Assembly: GCA_963665325.3 (NCBI GenBank)
Contig: CAXXWS020000002.1
Span: 1,088,001-1,152,000, forward strand
Origin: Alphaproteobacteria bacterium
Lineage (GTDB): Bacteria > Pseudomonadota > Alphaproteobacteria > Bin95
Reading direction: 5' to 3'
Length of the DNA stretch: 64,000 nucleotides
Shown: positions 42,069 to 51,428 of the stretch, in pieces
Layout: every line of letters begins with the position of its first letter
How positions within the stretch are numbered: the stretch's first letter is position 1
The notes under the pieces: generated by a model
Database searches by the model: none
The model's input: the letters and a program-made list of their open reading frames with translations, nothing else
Told to the model about the DNA's origin: nothing
Position numbers and translations under genes: made by a program

Positions 42069-44075
42069 TCAGGGAATCCGCACATCGGTCAGCGGCCGGC
42101 CCCAGTCCCCGGCGCGGGCAAGCACGCGCGGCAGGTCCTCCTCCAGCATGAACCCGTCTTCGATGAGCTTCCGTGCGGCCGCCTCGACGGCGCGCACATA
42201 GCCCGCCGCGTCTCCATAGCGCTCCAGCAGGGAAGGGCGGGGGTCGCCCGTCGCCGTGCGTTCCTCCGGCGTGTCCGGGAAGGGGATATAGCTGCCGGAG
42301 AACTCGTGCATCGCGCCGCCCGCAACGCCGCGCCGCCGGAGGTTCCAGCCGGCGAAGGTGCCGACGGGTGCCGCGATCATCGGCGCGCGCACGCCGGCAA
42401 TCTCGTTCCCATCCGCATCGACGGCCGGCACCAGCACGGGATAGCCCTCCTCCGCAATCACCTCCGGCGGCTCCTTGTCGAGGATTCCGTCCCCGGCGCG
42501 GGGGCCGAAATCGAGCGCCGGCATGAGGTTGGGCGATTGCGGCACGGCCCCGCCGGGGATCGCCGGGAACTGCCCGCGCCAGGTTTCGTATGGCACGAGC
42601 GTGCCATCGGCGGTGCGGGGATAGCGGCTCGGCGGGGGCGGCGGGCCGCCGTCTGCCCAGCGGTCGAGCGCATCGAGCATGGCGCGGAACAGCATCGAGG
42701 TCTGGGCCACATTCAGCCAGTTCTCGCAGACCGCCCGGCGCGGCGCCCGCTGGTTGGGGTCGGCGGAATGCTGCGTCCCGGTCCAGTGGTAGATGCGCAC
42801 GCCCTCCGGTTCGGCGAGGTCGTTCCCTTCGCAGTCCGTGTGGACCAGAGAGCCGCGCCGCTGCCAGTATTCGGTCGCGGTCTGCGTGTGGACGATGAGC
42901 GGGTCGGTCTCCGGGTGTTTCAGGATGGCGTCGGCGCGCCCGCTATGGGGGTCCGTGCAGGGGCTGTAGGCGAAGGGGAAGCGGTCGGCAGGCGCGTAGT
43001 GGTCCTCATGCTGCTGGCCGCCGGAGACCACGGCATTGGCGAAGCGCTGGTTCAGCCACTTGCCGCCGGCCCCCGAGACATGCGGCATCAGCCCGTCGAA
43101 GACCCGCCGGCCCTCGGCGTCCGCGTTGAAGCCCTGCCAGACGAAGTCGCGGATCGCCCGGCCCGTCTGCGAGCGGCCGTAGCCGTAAGCCCTGTCGATT
43201 CCGCCGAGCGGGTTGCCGACGCCCTCCTCGTAGCGGAGCCAGCTCACCAGGTCGCGCACGGCGACATGCCCGAGGCCCATCGCCAGCGGGTCGCGGCCCT
43301 CATAAACGATCTCGTAGATCCAGCCGGGCCGGAAGCCGCCCGGAAGGTGGATATGGCTGTCGGACGGCACCACGGATCGTTCGGGCCCGAGCCCGTCGAG
43401 ACCGCCGCCAGCCTCGATGCGCGCGAAGGACCATGCGTCCGGCGGCACCGGCCGGCGCGGCGCGTCCGCGTAGGGCCGCATGGTGAGGCGCGCCTCTGCC
43501 GTATCGAGGGAGACCGCCGGATGTGAACGCGTCGATCCGCGGCCGCTGAGCGGCAGGCAGGTCACGCCCGGTTCGTCGGCGATGAACTCGGTGCGCACGG
43601 GGCCGGTCACCGGCCCGTCCTCATGGCGTGCGACCGGCAGGTCGAGCAGCATCCGGCCCTCGCCCGGCAGCAGGTCGCCCTGCCAGGCGCCGAATACGAC
43701 CGTGTAGCCGCGCCGGAAGAGGAACCCGTTGCCGGCATGGGCCACGGTCTCCGGATCGTTGCTGTGCTCGGCGTCGCAGAAATATTGCAGCGCGCGCTTG
43801 TTGCCCCGGTTGCCCCAGTCAAAGAACAGCCGCCGGTTGCCGAGTGCGGGGTCCGCCGGCTGCAGGATGAAGACATCGGCGCTGAAGGCGACCAGCTCGT
43901 CGCCGTCCGTCGCCGCGAGCCGGATATCGGTCACGCCCGCCTGGGCCGGCGCCAGCGGATCGACCCGGTAATGCGCGCGGGCCGCGATGCGCTCATAAGC
44001 CCCGGTCCCCTCGAACCGCTCGCCGCCCGCAAAGGGCCGGCGGTCGCGGATCTCCAATTGCACGAGATTGGTCAT
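42069..44075 (-). CDS. Alpha/beta hydrolase domain protein (Abhydrolase_10-like)
   Basis: GAYERI, GAWQGD, GRSQTGR nucleophile elbow, EYWQRRGSL, VDADGNE, SLLERY. Confidence 0.8.
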   Translation of the reverse strand: MTNLVQLEIRDRRPFAGGERFEGTGAYERIAARAHYRVDPLAPAQAGVTDIRLAATDGDELVAFSADVFILQPADPALGNRRLFFDWGNRGNKRALQYFCDAEHSNDPETVAHAGNGFLFRRGYTVVFGAWQGDLLPGEGRMLLDLPVARHEDGPVTGPVRTEFIADEPGVTCLPLSGRGSTRSHPAVSLDTAEARLTMRPYADAPRRPVPPDAWSFARIEAGGGLDGLGPERSVVPSDSHIHLPGGFRPGWIYEIVYEGRDPLAMGLGHVAVRDLVSWLRYEEGVGNPLGGIDRAYGYGRSQTGRAIRDFVWQGFNADAEGRRVFDGLMPHVSGAGGKWLNQRFANAVVSGGQQHEDHYAPADRFPFAYSPCTDPHSGRADAILKHPETDPLIVHTQTATEYWQRRGSLVHTDCEGNDLAEPEGVRIYHWTGTQHSADPNQRAPRRAVCENWLNVAQTSMLFRAMLDALDRWADGGPPPPPSRYPRTADGTLVPYETWRGQFPAIPGGAVPQSPNLMPALDFGPRAGDGILDKEPPEVIAEEGYPVLVPAVDADGNEIAGVRAPMIAAPVGTFAGWNLRRRGVAGGAMHEFSGSYIPFPDTPEERTATGDPRPSLLERYGDAAGYVRAVEAAARKLIEDGFMLEEDLPRVLARAGDWGRPLTDVRIP

Positions 44076-44137
44076 GCGTGCGCGTTCTCCAGAGCGGAAG
44101 CCGCTACAATAGCCGGCCAGCCGGGGAGGTCTAAGCC

Positions 44138-44890
44138 ATGTCTGTCGTGCTCACAGAACAGCGGGGTGCCGTGCGCCATATCGTGCTCAACCGCCCTGAG
44201 GCGCTGAACGCGATCGATGACGCACTGGTCCCGGCGCTGACGAGGGCGTTTCGGGACGCCAATGCCGATGCCGGCACGCGCGCCATCGTCTTTCGAGGGG
44301 CCGGGCGGGCCTTCTGCGCGGGCGCAGACCTCAAGGCGCGGAAGATCGCCGGAAGCGAGGCCGCAGCGCGGGCGCGGGCGCAGGCGATCCAGGACGTCAC
44401 GCGCGCCATCGTCTATGGCGATGTGCCGGTCGTCGGCGCGATCCATGGCTGGGCGGTGGGCGGCGGCTTCGAATGGGCGCTCAATTGCGACTTCCCGATC
44501 TGGGCCGAGAGCGCGCGGGGCTTCTTTCCGGAAGTGTCCTGGGGCCTGTTCGTCACCGGCGGCGTCTCGGCGATCCTGCCGAACCTGATCGGGCTCCAGA
44601 AAACGAAGGAGCTGCTGATGCTGGGCGAGCGCTACGGGGCGGCAGCGCTCCATGAACTCGGCATCGCATGGCGGGTTGCGCCGGACGATGCGCTGCTGGA
44701 CGAAGCCGAGGCCGTGGCCGAGCGGCTGGCGGCGCTGCCCGAGCGCGCCGTCCGCGACATGAAGCGCACGCTCAACCGCGCGGCCTATGGCGACGTGGCG
44801 GAGGCGATGGAGCGCGAGGTGGACGCGGTGGCGCGTTCCTACAACGACCCCGAGACCTTCGAACGAATCGCCGCCTTCAGCGACCGCTGA
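44138..44890 (+). CDS. Enoyl-CoA hydratase/isomerase family protein
   Basis: LNRPEALNA, FCAGADL, GWAVGGGFE, FPE. Confidence 0.92.
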   Translation: MSVVLTEQRGAVRHIVLNRPEALNAIDDALVPALTRAFRDANADAGTRAIVFRGAGRAFCAGADLKARKIAGSEAAARARAQAIQDVTRAIVYGDVPVVGAIHGWAVGGGFEWALNCDFPIWAESARGFFPEVSWGLFVTGGVSAILPNLIGLQKTKELLMLGERYGAAALHELGIAWRVAPDDALLDEAEAVAERLAALPERAVRDMKRTLNRAAYGDVAEAMEREVDAVARSYNDPETFERIAAFSDR

Positions 44891-45314
44891 AAGCGCTGTC
44901 GGGGTCCGTCAGCGCCTGGAGGCGCAGGCCCGCCGTGCGCGCAAACCGCGTGATGAGCGACTTGCGCCGCGCCGGGTTGACCTTGCCTTCCTCCGGCTCG
45001 CGCAGCATCTCCGCGCCGAACCCGTCCGCGACCAGCAGGCCGCAGCTCTCCGGGATCAGGTGCCTGGGAAAACCTTCCGGGACGGCGAAATAGAACGCGT
45101 CGCAGAAGTCCAGATAGTCCCGCCACTTCGTGTCCGCGCGGAAATCGGCTTCGGAGGACTTCACTTCGACAACGGTAATGCGGCCGTCTTCGGCCAGTGC
45201 GATGACATCGACGCGGCGGCGGTTGCGCAGGGTGAACTCGGTCAGCGTGCCTAAGCCGGCCTGCTGCAGGAACCGGCACACGCCGCGCGCCAGAAGGACA
45301 CCATTGTTCTTCAT
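44877..45314 (-). CDS. mmcB: MmcB family DNA repair endonuclease
   Basis: RRVDVIAL..VEVKSSEADFRADTKW..YLDFCD, GLLVADGFGAE. Confidence 0.92.
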   Translation of the reverse strand: MKNNGVLLARGVCRFLQQAGLGTLTEFTLRNRRRVDVIALAEDGRITVVEVKSSEADFRADTKWRDYLDFCDAFYFAVPEGFPRHLIPESCGLLVADGFGAEMLREPEEGKVNPARRKSLITRFARTAGLRLQALTDPDSAFSGR

Positions 45315-45350
45315 ATGTTCATAATAGCCGTTCCTTGCCGGCGAGCGCAA
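45306..45350 (-). promoter_or_regulatory. Sigma70 promoter with an alphaproteobacterial LexA box over the mmcB start
   Basis: GTTC-N7-GTTC at 45306-45320. Minus strand TTGCGC-18nt-TATTAT-6nt-ATG. Confidence 0.75.
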
Positions 45351-46362
45351 GGCGGACGACCTTCTTCATGGCCGTGGGCAGGGCGTAGTCGTTCAGAGCG
45401 TCGATGGGCGCCCAGACGCAACCCTCGGGGGCAGCGCCGCCGCTGCTGCCGGTCCGCACGTCCAGTTCGAGGATGAAATGGGTGAAGCCGTGCCGGGCGA
45501 CGGCGCCGAGGGGCGCCCATGCGCCTTCGACAGGCGGGCCCTCGGGCGGCGGGCCGTCCTCCACCCAGGGACCGGACGGCACTTCCATCATGCCGCCCAG
45601 CAGACCGGTTTCGGGCCGGCGGCGCAGCAGCACCCGCCCCGCGCCGTCCTCGGTCCAGTAGGCGATGCCGCGCCGTACCGGCCGCCGCTGCCTGGGGGCC
45701 TTGACCGGCAGACTCTCCGCTACCCCCGCCGCTCTGCCCCGGCAGGCCTCCGACCAGGGGCAGGCGCCGCAGCGCGGGCGGCGCGGCAGACATACCGTCG
45801 CACCGAGGTCCATGACCGCCTGCGCGTAGTCGCCGGGGCGCCTCTGCGGCGTGAGGCCGGCTGCGGCGTTCCGGATCGCCTTCCTTGCGGCCGGCAGCGG
45901 CGTTTCGATGCGGAACAGCCGGGCCATCACCCGCTCGACATTGCCGTCCACGACCGTGGCCTCGCGGTCGAAGGCGATGGCGGCAATGGCGGCCGCGGTG
46001 TACTCGCCGACGCCGGGCAGGGCGCGAAGGCCGGCCTCGGTATCCGGGAAGCGCGCGCCTGGTTGCGACGCGACGACGCGGGCGGCCGCGTGCAGGTTGC
46101 GTGCACGGGCGTAATAGCCGAGCCCCTGCCAGGCCTGCAGCACCTCGTCCAGCGAGGCGGCGGCCAGCGCCTCGACATCCGGCCAGCGTTCGAGAAACCG
46201 GTGGAAATAGGGCGCGACGGCCGCGGCCACGGTCTGCTGCAACATGATCTCGCTGAGCCACACCCGGTAAGGCTCGGCGTGCTCTCCCGGCAGCGCGCGC
46301 CAGGGAAGCTCGCGACGATGCCCGTCGTACCATGCAAGCAGTGCCTTCGCCTTCGCTTCCAT
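45319..46362 (-). CDS. mutY: A/G-specific adenine glycosylase
   Basis: WLSEIMLQQT, WQGLGYYARARNL, HhH LPGVGEYTA, VDGNV, CX6CX2CX5C. Confidence 0.98.
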   Translation of the reverse strand: MEAKAKALLAWYDGHRRELPWRALPGEHAEPYRVWLSEIMLQQTVAAAVAPYFHRFLERWPDVEALAAASLDEVLQAWQGLGYYARARNLHAAARVVASQPGARFPDTEAGLRALPGVGEYTAAAIAAIAFDREATVVDGNVERVMARLFRIETPLPAARKAIRNAAAGLTPQRRPGDYAQAVMDLGATVCLPRRPRCGACPWSEACRGRAAGVAESLPVKAPRQRRPVRRGIAYWTEDGAGRVLLRRRPETGLLGGMMEVPSGPWVEDGPPPEGPPVEGAWAPLGAVARHGFTHFILELDVRTGSSGGAAPEGCVWAPIDALNDYALPTAMKKVVRLALAGKERLL

Positions 46363-46464
46363 CGCCTCCCCTTCGTCCGGTCAGCCGTTCGGTGCCATCA
46401 TACCGCCCGCGCGGCGGCGGGTTTCCGTCATTGATGAATTTCCGGTTTCGGGCATGCTGGGCGA

Positions 46465-46950
46465 ATGACTCGAAGGACCCGAAGCGGGCGCAGGCTGGGC
46501 CGGCTCGTCGCCGTGGGGGCGGCGGTGGAACGGGGGCTGGCGCCGACGGCGCGAAGACATGGATTTTCCGAGACCCGGCTTCTGCTGCGCTGGGAGGGCG
46601 TCGTCGGGGCCGAAATCGCGACATGGACGCAGCCCCTGCGGCTTTTCCGCGGCGTGCTGCATCTCCGGGTCGCGTCCGCCTGGGCGCCCTATGTCCAGCA
46701 CCACGCGCCGGTTATCCGGGACCGCGTCAACCTTTTCCTGGGGCGCAAGGCGGTTTCTCGCATCGCCTTGAAGCAGGGCCGTGTCGTGCCGACGCCCGTC
46801 GCGCGAACTCCGACGGAGCTCGCGCCCGAGCCGGTCGCGGTTTCCGGCATTTCCGACCCCGATCTTCGTGCGACGCTCGCCCGGCTGGGCGGAGCAATCC
46901 GTGCAGTTGAGACGCGGAACGACTCTTCTGCCACGGTCCCCGAGCGATAG
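46465..46950 (+). CDS. DUF721/DciA family protein
   Basis: RHGF..LLLRWEGVVG, IRDRVNLFLG, LKQG, LARLG. Divergent from mutY, the usual arrangement. Confidence 0.85.
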   Translation: MTRRTRSGRRLGRLVAVGAAVERGLAPTARRHGFSETRLLLRWEGVVGAEIATWTQPLRLFRGVLHLRVASAWAPYVQHHAPVIRDRVNLFLGRKAVSRIALKQGRVVPTPVARTPTELAPEPVAVSGISDPDLRATLARLGGAIRAVETRNDSSATVPER

Positions 46951-47039
46951 TTTTCAGGCATATGAAATTTCGGTTGCCATGCCTTGTTTGCGCCGTAATT
47001 TTGATATAGAATACCATATCTTGTGGCGAGGTTCTGTCG

Positions 47040-47705
47040 ATGCGGAACATATGGACCGTTGTTGTGGCCATGGCAGTTGCAGTCGTCGTCAGCGCTGCCT
47101 ACCATTCCTTTTTCGGTATGCCGTCGGGCTCGCAACTGTCCGTCAGCCCGACGGCCCATGCGGCAGATCCCGTCTCGAATCCTGAAATCAGGCCGGAAGA
47201 CCGTGTGCTGGGCGACGAAAGCGCAAGGGTCACGATACTCGAATATTCGTCACTGACTTGTCCGCATTGTGCGCAGTTCCATGCCGAGGGCTACCGGCAT
47301 CTGAAGAGCGCCTATATCGACACCGGAAAGATCAAACTTGTCTTCAGGGACTTTCCCCTAGACGGACTGGCGCTCCGGGCAGCGGCGCTCGCCGAATGCC
47401 TGCCGGCGGAACGCTATTACCCGTTTCTTCAATTGCTCTTCGAAGGCCAGAGCGGCTGGACGCGTTCCGAGCAGCCGGTGGCGGAGCTTGTGCGCCTCGG
47501 CCAACTTGCGGGCCTCAGCCGGGAACGGGCATCCGACTGCCTTCAGGACGAAGCGGCGTTCGAAAAGATAATTCAGGAACGTCTAACCGGTCAGGAGGAT
47601 TACCAGATCGATTCGACGCCAAGTTTCATCATCGACGGACGCAAACATCCGGGCGCGCTCACGGCGGACGAACTCGACGAGATTCTGGCGCCCCTGCTGG
47701 GCTGA
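47040..47705 (+). CDS. DsbA family thiol-disulfide oxidoreductase
   Basis: Signal or anchor segment, EYSSLTCPHCA, RDFPLD, cis-Pro STPSF. Confidence 0.93.
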   Translation: MRNIWTVVVAMAVAVVVSAAYHSFFGMPSGSQLSVSPTAHAADPVSNPEIRPEDRVLGDESARVTILEYSSLTCPHCAQFHAEGYRHLKSAYIDTGKIKLVFRDFPLDGLALRAAALAECLPAERYYPFLQLLFEGQSGWTRSEQPVAELVRLGQLAGLSRERASDCLQDEAAFEKIIQERLTGQEDYQIDSTPSFIIDGRKHPGALTADELDEILAPLLG

Positions 47706-47724
47706 CTTCCTCATTCGCCGGCCG

Positions 47725-48678
47725 TTATCCGGCAGCCCATATTGCGACCAGAAGGCAAGCGTGCAAGGCGCATGCCGCGATGAACAGGCGCAAGGCGCGG
47801 TGGATGTCCTGCGGCGTCGCACGGCTGCGGCCCCGCCCCATCCAGGCATCCCGGACCGTTCTTCCGCTGTAGCGGCGGGGGCCGGCAAGCGCGAGGCCAA
47901 GCGCGCCCGCCATCGCCGCCTCCGGCCAGCCGGCATTCGGCGAGCGGTGCCGGTGCGCATCGTTGAGCACTGCGCGCCATGCGCCGAGCGGGCTCGCCCG
48001 GCGGAAGCAGAACGCTGAGCCCATGATCAGCAGCGCCGAGAGGCGGGCCGGCAGGAAACAGGCGACATCGTCGGCGCGCGCCGACCAGAAACCGAATGCC
48101 TCATGGCGTTGTGTGCGGTGGCCTATCATGCTGTCGAGCGTGTTGATCGCCTTGAAGGCGCAGAGCCCCGGCAGGCCGAGAAGCAGGAACCAGAAAGCGG
48201 GCGCGACCACGCCGTCGGAGAAGTTCTCCGCCAGCGACTCGATCCCGGCGCGGGCGACGCCGTGAGCATCCAGGGACGCAGGATCCCGCCCGGCGATGTG
48301 CGACACGGCCTCCCGACCTTGCTCCAGGCCTGCGTCGAGGCCCGCGGCGACCGCAGCGACATGGTCGAAAAGCCCGCGTTGCGCGATGAGCAGGAACGCC
48401 AGCAGCAGGGTCGGCAGCCATCCGAGCAGGCCCAGCGCCCAGCCCGCCGCTGCGGATGTCGCCGTCACCGCCAGCAAGGTGAAGGCGCCGCGCAGCCGAC
48501 GGTCGGCGGCCGGACGCTCGAGGCGGTTGAGGCGGGAATCCAGACGGTCGATCATGCGCCCGAGCAGCGCAACCGGGTGCGGCACGCGGCGGAACAACGC
48601 CGGCATGTCGCCCAGCGCGGCGTCGAGCAGCAGGACGCCGAGCAGGATCGGGACGATGCTTGCCGATCCGTCTATCAT
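47725..48678 (-). CDS. cbiB: Adenosylcobinamide-phosphate synthase CbiB/CobD
   Basis: PHPV, ESLAENFSDGVVAP, INTLDSMIGH, SPNAGWPEAAMAGAL. Confidence 0.96.
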   Translation of the reverse strand: MIDGSASIVPILLGVLLLDAALGDMPALFRRVPHPVALLGRMIDRLDSRLNRLERPAADRRLRGAFTLLAVTATSAAAGWALGLLGWLPTLLLAFLLIAQRGLFDHVAAVAAGLDAGLEQGREAVSHIAGRDPASLDAHGVARAGIESLAENFSDGVVAPAFWFLLLGLPGLCAFKAINTLDSMIGHRTQRHEAFGFWSARADDVACFLPARLSALLIMGSAFCFRRASPLGAWRAVLNDAHRHRSPNAGWPEAAMAGALGLALAGPRRYSGRTVRDAWMGRGRSRATPQDIHRALRLFIAACALHACLLVAIWAAG

Positions 48679-48709
48679 GGCGGCGATTCTACTCGAATTG
48701 AGAGGCGCG

Positions 48710-49618
48710 ATGCCCAAGACCGGAGTCATGGTTTGCGGCCACGGCAGCCGCGATGCAGATGCCGTGCGCGAGTTCCTGGCCCTTTCCGAGGGGTTGCGTC
48801 CCCGCTTGCCGGATTACGACCTCGAAATCGGCTTCCTGGAATTTGCGCGCCCGGTCATCCGCGAGGGGCTGGAGGCGCTGGCCGGCCGCGGCAACCGGCG
48901 TATTCTTGCGGTCCCCGGCATGCTGTTCGCCGCCGGGCATGTGAAGAACGACGTGCCCTCGGAAATCAACGAGTTCGCGCATGCGCACCCCGATATCGAG
49001 ATCAGGCTCGGACGCGATCTCGCCATCGACGCGAAGCTGCTGCAGGCGGCGCGCGAACGGATCGAGAGCGTGCTGGACGACGAAACGCCCCGTGAAGAAA
49101 CGCTGCTGATGGTGGTGGGGCGGGGCACCAACGACTCTGACGCCAACTCCAATGTCAGCAAGGTCGCGCGGATGCTTTGGGAGGGCATGGGCTTCGGTTG
49201 GGCCGAGACCTGCTATTCGGGCGTCGCGCACCCCCGGGTCGATGCGGGTCTGGAGCGCGTCGCCCGGCTCGGTTTCCGGCGGATCGTCGTCTTTCCCTAT
49301 TTCCTGTTCACCGGCATTCTGGTGCGCCGCATCTACGACCGGACGGATGAGGTTGCGGCGGCCCATCCGGATATATCCTTCATCAAGGCGCCCTATCTGA
49401 ACGACCACCCGCTGGTCCTGGACAGCTTTGCCGAGCGTGTCCGGGGTACGCTGACGGGCGACAACCTGATGAATTGCGCGCTTTGCAAATACCGGGAGCA
49501 GATCGTCGGGCGGGAGGACGAGGTCGGCACCCCGCAGGCGGGCCATCACCATCATGTGCGGGGCGGCGGCCATTCGCATTCCCACGAGCACGGGCATAGC
49601 CATTCCCGCGGCCGCTAA
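48710..49618 (+). CDS. cbiX: Sirohydrochlorin cobaltochelatase CbiX (long form)
   Basis: GHGSRD, FLEFARP, AAGHVKND, MNCALCKYR and a His-rich C-terminal tail. Confidence 0.92.
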   Translation: MPKTGVMVCGHGSRDADAVREFLALSEGLRPRLPDYDLEIGFLEFARPVIREGLEALAGRGNRRILAVPGMLFAAGHVKNDVPSEINEFAHAHPDIEIRLGRDLAIDAKLLQAARERIESVLDDETPREETLLMVVGRGTNDSDANSNVSKVARMLWEGMGFGWAETCYSGVAHPRVDAGLERVARLGFRRIVVFPYFLFTGILVRRIYDRTDEVAAAHPDISFIKAPYLNDHPLVLDSFAERVRGTLTGDNLMNCALCKYREQIVGREDEVGTPQAGHHHHVRGGGHSHSHEHGHSHSRGR

Positions 49619-50229
49619 TGCACACATATCTGCGCGATCCGGCGGCGATTTACAGGCTTTCCTTTCGCATGGCGCGCGAGGAAACCGACCTTTCGGGGCT
49701 GCCGCCGCGCACCGTCGGGCTTGCCTTGCGGCTCGTCCATGCCTCCGGCCGGCCGGAGATCGTGCGGGACCTTGTCTTCAGCGCGGGAGTTGTCGAGCGG
49801 GCGGAAACCGGCCTTGCGGCCGGGGCGCAGATCATCGCGGATACGCGCATGACAGCCGACGGCATAATCGGGCGGGACGCCGTCTGCGCCATAGACGACC
49901 TTTCGGTCGCGGAGGCGGCGCGCGCCGGCCGCAAGACGCGGGCCATGGCTGCGATGGACGCGCTGGCGGATCGTTTCGAGGGTGCCGTCGTGGCGGTCGG
50001 CAACGCCCCGACGGCGCTCTTCAGGCTGCTTGAACTCGTCGCCGGAGGCGCACCGCGGCCGCTGGCCGTTCTGGGGTTTCCGGTGGGCTTCGTCGGCGCG
50101 GCCGAGTCGAAGGTGGCGCTCGTCGAAAGCGGCCTGCCGCATATCGCGCTGCGGGGCCGATTCGGCGGAAGCGCGCTCGCGGCGGCGGCCGTCAATGCGC
50201 TACTCCATCCGTCGGAGAGCGCGCCGTGA
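49618..50229 (+). CDS. cobH: Precorrin-8X methylmutase
   Basis: IYRLSF, GNAPTAL, PVGFVGAAESK, GGSA. Confidence 0.96.
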   Translation: MHTYLRDPAAIYRLSFRMAREETDLSGLPPRTVGLALRLVHASGRPEIVRDLVFSAGVVERAETGLAAGAQIIADTRMTADGIIGRDAVCAIDDLSVAEAARAGRKTRAMAAMDALADRFEGAVVAVGNAPTALFRLLELVAGGAPRPLAVLGFPVGFVGAAESKVALVESGLPHIALRGRFGGSALAAAAVNALLHPSESAP

Positions 50230-51428
50230 CACCCTGGCTGACCGTGCTCGGCATCGGCGAGGACGGCCTCGATCCGTTGGGCCGCGCCATCGTCGAGAGC
50301 GCGGAGTTCTTGGTCGGCGGCAAACGCCATCTGGCGCTCGCGGCGACGGGGCCGGCGGAGCGAACGACCTGGCAGCGGCCGTTGTCCCGTACCCTCGACG
50401 TTATCCTCGCGCGCCGGCCGCGGCCGACTGTCGTGCTGGCGACCGGAGATCCGATGTGGTTCGGTATCGGCACGTCGCTGGCCCGCAGCGTGCCGGCCGA
50501 GGAGATGCGCATTGTCCCCGCCGTCGGCGCGTTTTCGCTGGCCGCGGCGCGGCTCGCCTGGCCGCTGGACAGCGTGGCGGCGCTGTCGCTGCACGGCAGG
50601 CCCCTTGGATTGCTCGCACTGCATGTCGCCCCCGGCGCCAGGCTGCTTGTGCTTTCGCATGACGGCGGCACACCGGCCCGCGTCGCGGACTGGCTTGTCC
50701 GTCACGGCTACGGCGCGAGCCATATGACGGCGCTTGCGCATATGGGCGGTCCTTTGGAGGCACGCATAGAGGGGCGCGCCGACTGCTGGACCCCGGAGGT
50801 TCCCGATCTCAACACGCTGGCTGTCGAGTGCGTCGCCGGCGCGGGCGCGCGGGTCTTCTCCCGCGCGCCGGGCCTGCCGGACGACTTCTTCGAGCATGAC
50901 GGCATGTTGACCAAAGCCCATGTCCGCGCGGCGACGCTGGCCTTGCTGGCGCCGACGGGCGGGGCGCATCTCTGGGACATCGGGGCGGGCTCGGGAGCGG
51001 TGTCCATCGAGTGGATACGGGCTGGCGGAACGGCGAGCGCTGTGGAGCCGGTCGCTGCGCGACGCGCGGCGATAGCGCGCAATGCGGAGGGGCTGGGCGC
51101 GCCGGGTCTGGAAATCCATGGCGGACACGCGCCGGAGGCGCTGGAGGGATTGCCCGCGCCGGATGCCGTGTTTATCGGCGGCGGCCTGGGCGTCGAGGGC
51201 ATTCTCGAAGCTGCCTGGGAGGCACTGCGGCCCAACGGGCGCATCGTGGCCAATGCCGTCACCCTGGAGAGCGAAGCGCGGCTGGTACGGGCCCGGTCCG
51301 AACTCGGCGGCGACCTCTACCGAGTTTCTGTGGAAACGGCGGCGCCGGTCGGACGCTTCACCGCCTTCCGGCCCGCCATGGCGGTGACCCAATGGACCGC
51401 GCGCAAGCCGTGGCCGGCCGCGTCGTGA
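50226..51428 (+). CDS. cobL: Precorrin-6Y C5,15-methyltransferase (CbiE-CbiT fusion)
   Basis: GIGEDG, ATGDPM, HDGMLTK, WDIGAGSG, NAVTLE. Confidence 0.95.
   Translation: MTPWLTVLGIGEDGLDPLGRAIVESAEFLVGGKRHLALAATGPAERTTWQRPLSRTLDVILARRPRPTVVLATGDPMWFGIGTSLARSVPAEEMRIVPAVGAFSLAAARLAWPLDSVAALSLHGRPLGLLALHVAPGARLLVLSHDGGTPARVADWLVRHGYGASHMTALAHMGGPLEARIEGRADCWTPEVPDLNTLAVECVAGAGARVFSRAPGLPDDFFEHDGMLTKAHVRAATLALLAPTGGAHLWDIGAGSGAVSIEWIRAGGTASAVEPVAARRAAIARNAEGLGAPGLEIHGGHAPEALEGLPAPDAVFIGGGLGVEGILEAAWEALRPNGRIVANAVTLESEARLVRARSELGGDLYRVSVETAAPVGRFTAFRPAMAVTQWTARKPWPAAS

Noticed and set aside
48679-48709. Cobalamin riboswitch before the cob genes
   Set aside because: Only 31 bp are intergenic and no B12-box is present.
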